A stretch of DNA of 63,859 nt, counting the filler, from Rhabdomonas costata (Eukaryota), in the NCBI GenBank assembly GCA_019059605.1. It is 36 parts of 36 records of this genome, joined end to end, with 100 filler letters (N's around TTAATTAATTAA, not from the genome) between each part and the next. Parts side by side here need not be neighbours in the genome. Positions count along the whole stretch, not along the records: positions 10,668 to 12,344 come from JAHMHO010010808.1; positions 12,445 to 14,120 come from JAHMHO010010809.1; positions 14,221 to 15,898 come from JAHMHO010010810.1; positions 15,999 to 17,675 come from JAHMHO010010811.1; positions 17,776 to 19,450 come from JAHMHO010010812.1; positions 19,551 to 21,228 come from JAHMHO010010813.1; positions 21,329 to 23,006 come from JAHMHO010010814.1; positions 23,107 to 24,783 come from JAHMHO010010815.1; 28 more parts are not named here. The stretch is one strand, 5' to 3'. Below are positions 11,822 to 25,100 of the stretch, piece by piece. The notes beneath the pieces are model-generated. The model saw only the letters and a program-made list of their open reading frames with translations. It searched no databases and was not told the origin of the DNA. Position numbers and translations under genes: made by a program. Within the stretch, counting starts at the first letter, position 1, and each line of letters starts with the position of its first letter.

Positions 11822-14800
11822 GTATGCGTGCTCACCAAAAAGTTCACGCGCAATCTGCGTGAGCTTTCAATGAAATTTGGTGCGATTGGGATTTGAGCTG
11901 CCTTCACAGATTGTGACACGTTCTTGTGAAGGTGATGCGGTAGGGACCGTTCTCCACTGTTCTTCATACCCTTTTCCAAAAAAAAAACAGCGAATCCGAC
12001 GGGACTGTGCATCCCTTGCCTATGCTGTTTGGATCTGTTAGAATCTATTTTTTATCCGTCCGTCTAGGAGGTAGTTTATTCGGAATGGGCGTCGCATTCC
12101 AATCCCTTGTTATCCACTTGCGTATTTTTCGTTTTCATTTTTCTCAGCTCGGTTTCAAGACGACCACAATTTTCTGTTAGGGCACCAAACTGCTCTCAGG
12201 AATGAGACGAAAGGTGCCGAAGACTTTGAAAAGACTTTCGGTTCATAGGAGCTTTCTTTTCTTACTCGTGGCACGTTCTGTCTGGTCTCTCTTGTCTCTT
12301 CACGATTGTATGGATGGATTGTTGCTGTGGTGAGACAAAACACANNNNNNNNNNNNNNNNNNNNNNNNNNNNNNNNNNNNNNNNNNNNTTAATTAATTAA
12401 NNNNNNNNNNNNNNNNNNNNNNNNNNNNNNNNNNNNNNNNNNNNAGTGTTTTTCATTATATCTAGATTATTTAGGTAAGAAAGAGCCTTGAAAAATAAAA
12501 GGAAATCAAAGCCAACAAAACTTAACCACCAGAGTTGTTCACACAGTACAGCAATCAGAACCTCAGTACCAAGAACGACAACGCAACATCGAAAAAGCCT
12601 TTTCGTTGACATTCACGCGTCTACACCAGCGTACCAATGTGTGACGGAATCATTTTCACACGAGAGCTTGGCATTCCACACCCGTAAAATTTTGTCCAAA
12701 CAGGATTGGTAGTGAGTGGTATTTATAATCTAAACAGCTACAAAACCTCACTTGACACCTTGAATTTGTTGATTGTGTTGTTGAGAATAACATCTTGTGG
12801 TGGTGGGACTAGACGAGAATAAGCTACCTTGCGGGCTCCAAATTGGGTGTGGGTGTGTGCTCCGACTGACCATCTGCCTGCCGCCATCAGGTTGTGCCCT
12901 AGTGTCTGCTGTGGTGTGGAGCTTCTGCTCAGAGCTTTTGTGGTTTAGCAGCGCTGCTGCTGCTGCTCTCTGCCATCGGCCATCAAGGGTATGGGAGGCT
13001 GACCATAATACCGAGGAGGTGGTGTAGGACAGAAACCAGATCATGGTGGTTTCTTAGCCAAGTGGTGTACACTTCTAGATGTGGAATTGCATCACAGACC
13101 CGAATGCAAGCTTTGCCTTCCATTAAAGGGGTTTGTTGGTACTTTCATTGTGTCATTAATGTCTTTTAATCAAATTCAGGAAAGTATTGATAGCAAACCT
13201 CGACAATAATGTACATTCTGAGGCAAAAGTATACAAAAAAAATGTCTTGTAACCACTTTTATTCGCAAATCCGACTTTACGTTTCCCAAAAACTTTCCAG
13301 TCTTCAGATAATGTGGCAATTTTTGGAGTACAATGCCACCAATCTTTGATGACACCATTCTGGCGACACCTTCAGGCTTTTTGCCCAAAGCAGAAAGGCG
13401 TATTGCCTTTGATGGTGAGAAATTTCCTACAAAGGGCACCACACAGGCAAATTTGAGGCTATTAACTAGCCGTGATGGCACATTGGTTGTGAAAGCCTAC
13501 GGAGATGTTCAATGCGGCTCAGGCGGGAAAACCTGGAAGTCGATTTACCCCAAATTAAAAAGCAGTGTCCTTCAAATTATCATTGCCATTAAGAAAGGAC
13601 CGCTTTATGACCAATTGGTCGCTGGCGTTTTCCGCCCACGGGCAATTTGCTCCAAAGCCAAAGGGACTGCCTGGAAGGGCTGAAAGAAGACTTTTCTGAT
13701 CTCCAAGGGCAACCGGCAGTCCACGATGGAAGTTTCAACGCAAGCAATTTTCAGGCCATCCCCTCGCAAGGCCCTGGTCCAAACAACTTCAAGTTCCCGG
13801 TCTGATCGACATTGCGGGCCTCCGCCTTCAACATCTGCCCCCGCCCCGGGCGATGGCCCGTTGGAATCAGGTGCTGCGAATGCCAAAAAAAGCGCGTTGC
13901 TGGTCCGGCTTTTAAGGATCAAGCGCTATCCCGGGAGAAACCGACAACACAACCACGGGGGGCTTCGGGGTACAAGGTGTTCGGTGGATTGGTCCCGACC
14001 CAACGAACGCTCACGGCGAGGAGGCCGCCGACGTGGTGGGTTCATTTTCCTTCTGTTCCCAATGCCCTTCCTCTCTCGTCGTATTCCTCGCTTGGCTATC
14101 GCGGCGGGGCCTGTTTCTACNNNNNNNNNNNNNNNNNNNNNNNNNNNNNNNNNNNNNNNNNNNNTTAATTAATTAANNNNNNNNNNNNNNNNNNNNNNNN
14201 NNNNNNNNNNNNNNNNNNNNTGTTTTGTTTATAGGGGAGGGGTGCGCTCGTCGCATGATTTTGACGACGGGTAGCCCTTTATCGTCTCTCTTCTCTTTCA
14301 CAGGCGAGAGCGGATGACAAAAAATAGGGCTACACTGCTTATTCAGGTGACTCTATTACGCCGTGGGGTTCTGGATTGTCTGTGCACATGCTGTTTTTCC
14401 TGCTCGGAGCGTTGCTTGCTGTCAGATTCTTCTTGTTCTTCACTTGAAGGGAATCCTGATGAAATAGTGTACGACGCAATGCCAGAGCGGCATCCTGACT
14501 GTTCTGCTTGCGTATTGCAGACGAAATTTTATGGCCGCGGGCTTTCTATCCCGATCCTTGCTGGTGTTCACAATTTTTGGACTGGAATTTTTTTGAAAGT
14601 TGAGGAGTAAGAGACAGGAATCAATCATCATTCATCCCACAGGTCCAGGAAACGTTCCAAATGACTAATTTGCCCATGATGTGTCTCCATCCTTCCGCGC
14701 AGGTCACGGATTCCCGTGTGGGAAGAGGGGCAACCCCTCCCAGACGGTTACCCTACTCATACCGTCAAAATAAATGCCCAGGTCTCACCCGCCACAATCG

Positions 14801-15479
14801 TGGTTATATGCCAGTGCAATGCCAAAATGGTCCTGGATTTGCCTTTTCGACGGCCTTTCGATAGCTTTTATGGGAGAAAAGCCTGTATGCTGTAATGTCA
14901 GTGGCTAGCACCGAGTGTAGCGGCGCCATCGGAAAATAAAAATAAAAATCCACTTTTTGCACACACACACACACACACAAGCAGACAGTCCTCAATTCAA
15001 GTGACAAAATTAAGTTGAAAAAGGATCCTCTGTGTGGTAAAAAAACAACAACAAAGAATTCCGAAACTTTCGGGCACTTCTTGCCCAAGTGCTCTTTTTG
15101 ACCCCAAGCACAGTGCTCCCCGCGAAATTCCTTATTATTAACGTGCAGGGAAAACTAATCTCACCATGCGTAGCTATGGGGGGCGTGCTTTGAGCGTGGG
15201 ACGAGGGCAGGGAGTATCCTCAAATAGAAGCAAGTTTTTTTGTGGGAACGGCCACTGTTGAGTCCCTTTCTCCTGATGGCTCCCAGTGCAAGCTCAGTGT
15301 TTTCTGTTTCTTGTTTGCGAGGGAAAGGCAGAAGTGTAAGAGCAGCGGAAGCGTACCCCAAAGGATCAAAAAGGATCAAGGGACGGCGTGTTCCCTTCAG
15401 AAGGAGGCTCTGAGCCCTTTTTAGCCCCGTACCACGATATAACCACCACCGCTTTCCCAGTTCCTGCTGGTCATAGCAT

Positions 15480-15761
15480 ATGGCCACCGAGAAAACCCAT
15501 CTGCTGAAGGGTAGCAAGCCCAAGGCTGGCTCCCCCATGGGGCGCCCGCCTGTGGGGCGCCCGCCCGTGGACGAGGAGATTCTGGCGCCCCACCTGGACG
15601 AGGGCTGTGGGTGCCCGCCCGCCCGGGAGTGTCGGCTTCGAACTCTTCTGCATGGCGTGGTGCACACTCCTCGCCGGAGTCACGTGCAATTCAAGGAGCC
15701 CTTCCAGAGCTTCCACAGCATTGTGCAAGAGCAAATGGCGGTGACGGAGGCCGACAAGCAG
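15480..15761 (+). CDS. Probable first coding exon of an unknown protein (MATEKTHLLKG...MAVTEADKQ)
   Basis: ATG lies 19 nt after TTTCCCAG, 94 open codons, ends at CAG|GTGAAT donor. Confidence 0.55.
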
Positions 15762-16608
15762 GTGAATTGGACCGCTTTCAAGTTTTCAACCCCCCCCCCC
15801 CCTGCATTCTGATGAAGATGAACACCTGCCAGCCTGGCGAGTTTGAGAGTCTGAGGCCCCTGGGCTTGTTTTTTGCCGCAAGCGGGAAAGACATTTACNN
15901 NNNNNNNNNNNNNNNNNNNNNNNNNNNNNNNNNNNNNNNNNNTTAATTAATTAANNNNNNNNNNNNNNNNNNNNNNNNNNNNNNNNNNNNNNNNNNNNAA
16001 CAAACTAATTATTGATGTTGTTGGTATTAGTGCATTATCATTCATTACGAATATCTATGTCTGGGAAGTTGGACTTTCTTTGTAGATATACAGCCGTCGG
16101 TTGTTGACGCGGCACGGAAACATGAGCATGTGACGAGAAAGATCCAAGAAAATGGCCCATGCGAGAGACATTTTTTTGCACGCTTTGATGTGATCAAACC
16201 GGGTTTATATGCTGAAAGTCCTTTCCAGCAGGTCCTACAGCCATTGGATAAGGGGAAAGCTCCAAATACCACGAAGTTGGAATTCGGATCCCCTCTTTCC
16301 CCAACAAGCAGGTGTTGGCACCTGTCAATAAAGGGTAGTCACGTATCATCTCTACCTCTCCCTTTCTTGATGTGTTCCGGCGACGTCGTGGTAATCTTTA
16401 TGCACTTCCTCTGTGAGGACGTCTCGTGTCGTGCGAAAATATGGCTGGACCTGCGACTACAATGCCCGCCGCTGACCGTGTGTACATGGGAGGTCCACTA
16501 TGGAGAACAAACCGGAGTTACCGAGTTACTGGGCGTTTTTCAGTTTTGCCATTTTGTGCATGCGACTTTTTTTTTGCTCTTCAAGAACAAGCTCTCTTCC
16601 CCTACATA

Positions 16609-16923
16609 ATGAATGCCAGTAATACCAGTGGTCGCGCGAGGGACAGTGTCCTTTCCTCTGGCCCTTTGGAGACCGGGAGGAGCCCGAGATACGCCCGTGA
16701 AACCCGCCTGAACGATCTCCTGGAGCAACTGGCCCAGGCTGTGCTTGCGGTGCGGCCCCCTCCAAAGGAGTTGTTGGAGTATCTTGCTGTTTGGGCGCTG
16801 TGGCAAATCCCCTTGGGCGGCCCCGAGCAGGCATGTCTCCCCGACCTCGCAAAGCACAGTTTCCTGTCTTACACTCATGATCCTTCCTCATCCGTGGAAG
16901 ACTCTTGGTTGGGAAACTGGTGA
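16609..16923 (+). CDS. N-terminal exon with a RIIa/Dpy-30-like dimerization-docking motif
   Basis: RYARETRLNDLLEQLAQAVLAVRPPPKELLEYLAVWA fits the L..LL..L...L...RP..P..FL..Y docking pattern. The 3' boundary is uncertain (possible GC donor after 16830). Confidence 0.55.
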   Translation: MNASNTSGRARDSVLSSGPLETGRSPRYARETRLNDLLEQLAQAVLAVRPPPKELLEYLAVWALWQIPLGGPEQACLPDLAKHSFLSYTHDPSSSVEDSWLGNW

Positions 16924-18005
16924 AAGGTTAACTGGGGGTATTTTGGAGGTATTTTATTTAGTTCCCCCCCCCCTTTTTTTTGAATGCAACAAAACGCACG
17001 CACACGAGCACAAAAAACATTATTCAGGACAGCATGACTTGGACGGCTGGAAGGAACGGAGAACACAGATCACTGAAAGCCTCGGAAAGTGTGAGAGAAG
17101 AAAATGCAGAGGGAGAAACGGCATTCGGCAGTCCGGTTCGGAGCGGTGCCGCTTTTACTGCGATATCTGACCCTCTTCCCATTCCAAGTTATCGAATATA
17201 GTAGGGACGTGCAGCATGCCAGTATGGGCGTCTTGAGCGTATAACCGCACGCCAGGATGCGCACATAGTATAAGGTCATTACCAATCTGATTATCATTAT
17301 GATATCCAAATGACCCTGGACCTGCTTCGGTTTAGTGAACAGAAGAAACAGAAATGTAGGTGAAATATTTTCTCCCCCACAATGGCGGAGCGCAGCAGGG
17401 GACGGGTGCCCGCCTCCGAACCTGGAAGGTGAGAATACATTTGCTCTCCGCTAAAAAAGCATTATAGCCAATATTCATCCTCAGAAGTATCACTGTCCGA
17501 GGCGTACAAAGGTTGGTCATTTCAGTCCAGACACAGTGGTCAGCTTTGAAACAAGACAATGTTATGGTGCGACGTTATCACAGTATAATGGTCATATGGC
17601 TTTCCCAGTTACCGTTTCCCCGGAAAATTTGAAATTTTGTGCCCTGAAGCTGACGGTAAGTCTGCCCCCCCCAACNNNNNNNNNNNNNNNNNNNNNNNNN
17701 NNNNNNNNNNNNNNNNNNNTTAATTAATTAANNNNNNNNNNNNNNNNNNNNNNNNNNNNNNNNNNNNNNNNNNNNGGGGGTTTGTCAGTGGGTCGTGTTT
17801 GAAGCTACTTTAGCACACTGTAGGGCAGAGCGAATGAGTTCTCTGCATGCTGGAATTGTAGTAGACCGGAATTATTCGGTTTGCGTGCACCGGAGACCGT
17901 CTTTGATGACCCAGGACCCTCCCTTCTGCGTGGACTCCTTCTGATTCCCTTGGTGTTCGGGTGCATATGAGTGTGAGCGGGTGTTTAGCTTGCGCTTTTT
18001 CGCAG

Positions 18006-19215
18006 GGCTGGTGGTGTGTTCCGCGCTGCCCCAGCACCCTGCGGTGTTTACGGGTGCGGCGCCAGACCAGCCATGCCTGAGCCTTACCGATGCGGCCGAC
18101 GTAGCAGTGCTCAGCGTGGCCTTCCGGGTGTGCAATTACCACAAGCGCTGCCACCCCGGTCGAGGGGTGAGTTGTGTTTTTCCTACGGAAAACGGAAAAC
18201 GTCCGTTTTTCAACCAACCCGGAAGGCAAGTGAACTGCACAGCACCACTGGATGCAATGGACGCGTAGACGCCGTTTATAATCTCTAGCTGTGGGGAGGG
18301 CAGTGATTCATGTCAGTAAAAAGAATAGTTGTTGTGAAAGATGCAAGGAGAACATTAGTTTCCGCGATAATTAAGATAAGTGTGCGCACCAACACAAAGG
18401 AAGGAAGGCGGGTGGAGGAAAGGCAGGCGGACCGAAGGGGTAGCTAAAATGTGGTGTTTAGCAGAGGCTTTTCACAACCACCCATGGGGTTTGTGCAGCA
18501 AGGGGTCTCTGTCGGGTATATATGACGCTTGCCTCAGGAAGGGGGAGAATTAAATGGGCAAACCTGAGGTGACGACGAAGCCACATAGGGACAAATGCTA
18601 AAGTGTGGTATAAGAAGTCATCCCATGATATCCACCTTGTATTTGGCTAGCGATATCCCAGAACTTAAAAGGATCTGAATCCCAACGTTTGGGGAATGCA
18701 AATAACCGCATAGGCCAATTACTGAACCCACAAACTAAGTCTTGAGTCATATAGAAACACCCCAAAACAGGTCCAGACGTGTACGTATTTGTATGTATTT
18801 ATCTTTGGGTGGGGGTTGTTTGGGTTTCTATTGCGTTTCGATACCAGTCAGACCTCTCTCTCTCTCTCTGTCGGCAGGAACGAGCACCGTCAGCTTCGTT
18901 AGTTTAGAGATGTCCATTGTGTCTCTCTCTCTGTCGGCAGGAACGAGCACCGTCAGCTTCGTTAGGTTAGAGATGTCCATTGTGTCTCTCTCCGTTTTCC
19001 GCTGCTCCTTGCATTCGCAGAACGGTTCCTGTGGAGTGGAGCCCCGCGCCTGCTGCACTGCGGTTATCGCCTGCGGAGTCGCCGCACAGGGCGTGGGCCG
19101 CGTGCTCAGCCCCGAGTTGGCGGACGAACCTGAACTCACCGAGGTCGACGCCCTGAACCTCAACCTGGCCCCGACCCCCATCGACACCCTCCGTGCCGTG
19201 CGCTTCCCCGATGCG
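18006..19215 (+). CDS. Unknown Cys-containing protein fragment, exons 18006-18166 and 19021-19215
   Basis: GGG|GTGAGT donor and TTCGCAG acceptor join in phase 0: ...CNYHKRCHPGRG|NGSCGVEPRACC. GC3-rich codons. Confidence 0.55.
18859..18992 (+). repeat. Intronic tandem duplication of a 63-nt unit, two copies plus a partial
   Basis: CTGTCGGCAGGAACGAGCACCGTCAGCTTCGTTAG(T/G)TTAGAGATGTCCATTGTG starts at 18868 and 18931, with one mismatch. Confidence 0.95.
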
Positions 19216-19790
19216 GTGTGGGAAACAGCCTTGTGCGTAGTGCTTCAGTGCTTTGGGGACTCCAACCGACGTTCACCATCATCCGAATTCATCGCCGTTC
19301 TACTGTTGTGGGACAGGAGCATGCACGGTGTTGTTAGGGTGTCCACCTACTCTGACCAATGCGCAGCGTCTTCCACGTCAAGCACACGCACCCACAATTT
19401 CTTCCTCCCCCTCTTCTATTTCCCTACTTTCACACCTTTGAAAACCCCAANNNNNNNNNNNNNNNNNNNNNNNNNNNNNNNNNNNNNNNNNNNNTTAATT
19501 AATTAANNNNNNNNNNNNNNNNNNNNNNNNNNNNNNNNNNNNNNNNNNNNGTTTTTGGGGAAAAAATTTTGGACTGGCCAGCCCCTGTCTGCGAATTTTT
19601 TCTCCAAAAACCCTAATAATCGCGATTTTCAGGTTTGAAACGAAGTAGTCCTTCAGTCCAAGCCGGAGAAGGCGACCTATCCCCCCATTTTTGGGGGGTC
19701 GAGGAACACGAAAAAACACGTTTTGGAGCTTCGATTCGAGCGTTTTGACCCTCGAATGGCCGGCTTTGGGGGACAAATTGGTCTTTTTAG

Positions 19791-19886
19791 TTTGCCTGGG
19801 TGGTGCCTTGTGAGGATCAAAAATGGGGTGTTCGGGATGAAAAGCGACCCTCCGGAATTCGACCCAAATTGATGTTTTTGAGGTCG
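19791..19886 (+). repeat. Dispersed repeat copy 1 (possible non-autonomous element)
   Basis: Aligns by eye to the reverse complement of 25941-26040, sharing AAAATGGGGTGT, CGACCCTCCGGAA and GTTTTTGA. Confidence 0.8.
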
Positions 19887-22000
19887 GGGGGGGGGGTGCG
19901 AAAAACATGTTTTTACGGTATTCTAATGCGTTTTCAGGGTCGATTTGTCGCATTTTGGGCCCTGTTTAACATTCTTAAGGACATTCACTTGCCGCCATTT
20001 ACAATTCAATGAAGATGACCGGGGTGAGCGTCACATTAACATGTTTAGCTTTTACCTTGCGATTCGTTCTTGGAGAGGGAGGGCAAGCGACGAATCGACA
20101 CCGAGAAGATAATATCAAAAAACAACACAGGAAACCATTTGGGACCCCTCAGCGCGGTGCCCGGCGCGCAGCGCCCTTATTTAACTTTCTTCGTTTTGCA
20201 CTTGTTCTGTTTTCTTTTACGCTGATCGTCATTTTGTCGTGAGAGCGGGTTGTCTTGAAGGGTGACCCCCTCTAATCGTTTTCTGTTGGGGTTGACGCAG
20301 GTAAAAAAATATCTTTATAGTGCTCACCGAAGCATTCTTTGGGGCCTTGTACTATCTACTTGGGTACCAGGGTATGCAGCCGCAAGGAGGCGCTCGACCC
20401 GCCGCACGGCCGCAGTCCGCCGCGGACCCCGCGGTCATTATGTGGCAGCCTCTGAGCTAACTGTCAGGGGCAGTCGAGGTATCTGGCCATCAGAACACCT
20501 GTGTTCCAGGTTTCGATGACCAGGACGTCCCCGGGTTCAGCCAGAAAGACACTCCCGCAATGCAGGCAACCCGCCCGATCTGTCTCTTGCACTTCTCTAC
20601 TGATTCACTCCTTGGTGTAAACTTCTCAGGCTTCTTCTTCCTTGTCCTCTATGGCCGGAAGGTAGCTCCCTCTGCCTCCAGGGTTCTTTCCCTTCAGACG
20701 CGCTGTCATTATGGCTGTACGTGGGCTGTGAGACGAACGCCTGAGCAGCGTGCAGAGAAAAGCTCACAGGACTAGAAGTGTGATCCCCTTCCTCTGTCCC
20801 TCCCTTCGCCAGCCCATAGGTTTTCGATGCCTCTTCTCTCGACACGTGCCTACGCTTTTGCTGTTGTTGGGCGCAGCCCCCCTTGGCCGTGGTGCTGCGT
20901 GTTCCCTCATCCCATCCATCTGAAACCCACACACACCGCGTCACTCACTCCTCCCGCTTCCCTATGTTGTGGTGTTCCCACTTCACCCCATCTCTGATGC
21001 ACCCCTTTCTTCGCCATTTCCTGCATCAGCCATTTCCGTCTCTCCTTCCCCTCCCTTCCTCTCACTCTCCTCTGACCCATCCATGTACAGATTGCACACA
21101 GCCGGTATTCGCTTCTTGGTCCAGCTCCGTCTCCAGTGCCCCCACCTGCTCCGCAGTCCTTGCTCAACAACTTGCCTACACAGAACTCCCTCCCTCCCTC
21201 GGTTTGTTCCACCTCCCCAACCACACACNNNNNNNNNNNNNNNNNNNNNNNNNNNNNNNNNNNNNNNNNNNNTTAATTAATTAANNNNNNNNNNNNNNNN
21301 NNNNNNNNNNNNNNNNNNNNNNNNNNNNTTTTGGTTGGGATCCGCCCAAATGTCCAAAATTGCTTCTCCTTTACTCAAACCAACGAAACTCAGATGCGGC
21401 TCAACTGATATCTGAGCTCGTAGATTTCCTTTTGTTAGTCGAGCAAGGAGGAAGCTGTGATAAATAAAGCACCACAAAAAAGTTACGCACGGCACCGCAC
21501 GGCACCTTGGGGACGGAAGACCGCGCACTCTCCCATTGAGCAGCTCGAGTTAGAAGCCTCTTCCGCCCCTGAGACCACATGCCACACAAGGCTGTTTTAT
21601 TCTCCCCCGTACCAGCTTCCAGGAATTGCGCTTTGTTATTTTTAGCCTTTTTTTTTACAATTACACAGAATTATACAGAATTTTAGAATACGAGGAATAC
21701 CGGGTGTCCCAAATAAAATGTCCCAATATGAATTTAAATCACAATTGTTCAAAACTTGGCACCAGGGGGTAGGGTATGCGTTGACTTGTAGGTGGTACGC
21801 CATTTTTTCAACAGCGTTTTTATTCCCATTCCTGATCTCAAGTCTGCCATGCGATCGGGGGAACACAAGAGAAAAGGGCAGACTCCAACCCACCACAACC
21901 TGAGACCCAAGGGGCACGACCCTGTCGTGATGTTGTGTCCATTTAAAACGATGCAGGAAAACGAAGGCTGAAAATGTATGGGGAGACGGGCAACCCCAAC

Positions 22001-22127
22001 CTTGGTCGGGGAGGGTTCGGAGTGCTCCCGGATGAGAGTCTTCAGGGCGTCATTGGTCTGGCCTAGGCGGGCCTCAAGGGCCTGGATCTCAGCCTTCTGA
22101 CGTGTCACCACCCCCAGCGCCTCATCC
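22001..22127 (-). CDS. Internal exon encoding a coiled-coil (DEALGVVTRQKAEIQALEARLGQTNDALKTLIREHSEPSPTK)
   Basis: CTGCAG acceptor, AAG|GTTGGG donor and a heptad pattern. Confidence 0.55.
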
Positions 22128-25100
22128 CTGCAGAGACGAAACCCCAGCCTGCTATAACCATCTTTGTTGATAGCGGGGAAGAGCATAAGCACCTTCCCCC
22201 CGCGTCTCAATTGAAAAAGTGCAGCGTCAACAATTAGAAAATACCATTTGTCTGGAGCGAGCGAGCGAGAGGTATGAAGTTTAACTCACCCACCCACCCA
22301 CACGCACACTTGCACACAAACCTTCGGGAGTTTTGGTGGTCCTTTTCTTCCTTGCTAAGCAAGGAATTCAAGGCTTTGGTTCACCGTGAAAGAGATAAAA
22401 GCTACTCTTGCTCATGCTGAAGATGCGCACATACACTGCCAACCAAAAATATAAGCCCACCACGATGCCAAAAGTATAGACCCAGATCCGTATTCAACAA
22501 CGCGACGTTTGCCTTTCGGAGGCAAAGAACCATGTTGCGCTCACCCACACCACCCACACTGCTTCTCGAGCTCATCCCATACACTTGCGTGTGTCTGTGT
22601 GTGTGTGTGTATAGAAAAACAATGACAAGTCTATTGTTCGAACCTTCTCCAATGACACTGTGTCAGATCGTTTCCTGTTCAAGGCGAAGAGAAAAGGCCC
22701 CGTTTTCACGCACCCAAATCTCTTCCATAGGGGTTTCCCAGACCGCACCCACTGAGGGATGGAAGATTTATATAGCTGCATCTGTTTTTGTTTCTGCGGC
22801 GGAACAGTAGCTCTGCGTCTGTCAGCCGTCGGCTTTCTAGGTTGTACCTAGTATGCGCGAGCGAACGAGCGAGCGAGAGAGGAACTAGCGGCAAATGCCC
22901 TGCTCCCAGGAATGTGGTGGAGAGGCGGCATTCGGATCGGAGTGCAAGGGTACAATTCTAGGTGAGTACTCGGCACCTGGAGCGGAGAGCAGCCTCCCCA
23001 CCACAANNNNNNNNNNNNNNNNNNNNNNNNNNNNNNNNNNNNNNNNNNNNTTAATTAATTAANNNNNNNNNNNNNNNNNNNNNNNNNNNNNNNNNNNNNN
23101 NNNNNNTTGGTTTTTGCATGCTTTCTGAGTTTCTTGCTTCCCTCGTCACTAGCTTGCAAAGAATACTATCGTGAGTCTTTCGGAGTGTTAACATATGGGA
23201 AAATCATGTTGGCACTCTGTCTGAGTCAGAAAAGGCCCTTCTAGTGAGTGCGCGTCGCTGTTTTTTTACCTATCAGTTGTGCTTTTGCTCAATCGTGGTG
23301 TAGCACACTGAGGGGTAGTATGGGGGTTGATGAAAAGCTCCTATTTCCGTGCCGCGGTTGCTATGTGTGCTCTCAGGGCCAGCCTGTGACCACCCTTGTA
23401 GACTATGAGGTGCGTGTCATATTTTCTGTTTTTGTGACTTGTTTTTCCTCGTAGAGCATCAATGTCCAGGGTATTTTTCTACTGAGGAGGCAAGCATGTA
23501 GAAAAAACGGGAATACTTGATGGTGGTGGAGTTAGCGGGAGGAAAAAGCGCAACCACAGGTTTCCATCACCCACACATTTTAAAAGGCACCATGCACAGT
23601 GCAATGCAGAAAGATGGGAAGGGGACTGTCAAAGATTGAAGAAAGACAAGGGGACCGAGAGCGTGGGGGTTGGGCAGCGAACTGGAGGGCCGAAACACTA
23701 GAGGGAAGGGCAGAGAGACACAGCGGAGCTCGCGTGGAGAAAGAAGAAGCACCGCATGAGGAGCGCGGGAAGGCAACGGACACAAGGACGGGAGAGGGCC
23801 ATAAGAAAAAAATGGGTGGTAGAGCACGTACAACATCGAAGGCAGGAGGGCGGAAGCGGGGGGGGGGTATCAGACGAGGGGGAATGGCTGTTGGAAGGGC
23901 GACGGGTTCGATGGAACAGACAGGCGACACCATCAACTACAACAACAACAACGTCTAAAACATCTAGAAATCAACGCAGACCCACCCGACGTCGCGTTTG
24001 CCTCGTATCACCGCGCTCCCCAAGGAGGTGCACCTTTGATTACCCGCTGAATATGTGGAGTTTTGATGGGGTGGGGCAACTGCTGTATGTTGTTGTTTGC
24101 ACTTTCAGCTCGCGTGGTTTGAGGACACTGGAATTTGCTGCATCTCCAGGGTTAATCTAGTTCTAGGAATAGGAGGAAAATAGGAAGGGGGGGGGGGCTA
24201 AACTTATCAAACAAACAAAAGCAAAGAAAAGGACGTTCCTCAGGAGAGGAGCCAGTTTCTCTGAATGCTGGTTTTTGTGTGTGCTTTTTTTGTAGTGGTT
24301 GTGGGTTGCGGACAGGGGGCGAAGTCTGCCCAGCAGAGGAGGAGCCGTGCCCGGTTTCCCATACCCATCCTTCCGCGGGAGATGACCAAGAAGCGAGGAG
24401 GGGGGCGGAGCCGAAAGCGCGCCCTCTCCGCGGATGCTCTGGAGCACGGCGGCGCGTATGGCGCCGCGGAAACGGTGAAGGGGCCTTCCAACGTGAAGCC
24501 CGAGGATCTCTAGGCCATTCCCGGCCATGTACCTGTCCGTCTGAAGGCTGTGGCCTTCGGATTGTACTGCTGAGATACAATTTTGCCCTCACGTGCTGAT
24601 GTACTTACATTCGATTAAGGTCGAGCAGGGATCCCCATATTTTCGTTTTTCGCTGATTTTTCGTAATTGCTTTTTCGTAATTTTTCGTAATTTTTCGTAT
24701 TTCCAGCGCGGGGATTTTTGTTTCTTTTGGCGCTACTCCACCGCGTACCCGTGGAGTAGCGCCAAAAGAAACAAAAAACCCACNNNNNNNNNNNNNNNNN
24801 NNNNNNNNNNNNNNNNNNNNNNNNNNNTTAATTAATTAANNNNNNNNNNNNNNNNNNNNNNNNNNNNNNNNNNNNNNNNNNNNGTTGTTGGTGGCCTGCT
24901 CTGCCTCCGCCTCCAGTGATGGACTCAGAGACCTGCAAATGCGCTTTTTGACAGATATTATATTTTCTCTACATTATTATCAACCTATTAAACTTAAGCT
25001 CCACTTTCATACATACTTGTCATGTTTTGAAAAACTGCTGGAAGCGTCTCTGCATTTTTAACGGCTATAACAGAGCTCTTTGCAAGGGCAAATTAAGACA

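Noticed and set aside
23121..23130. CTTTCTGAGT resembling the core of the Euglena spliced leader
   Set aside because: Only a 10-nt match. The sequence then diverges, with no donor or SL-RNA context.
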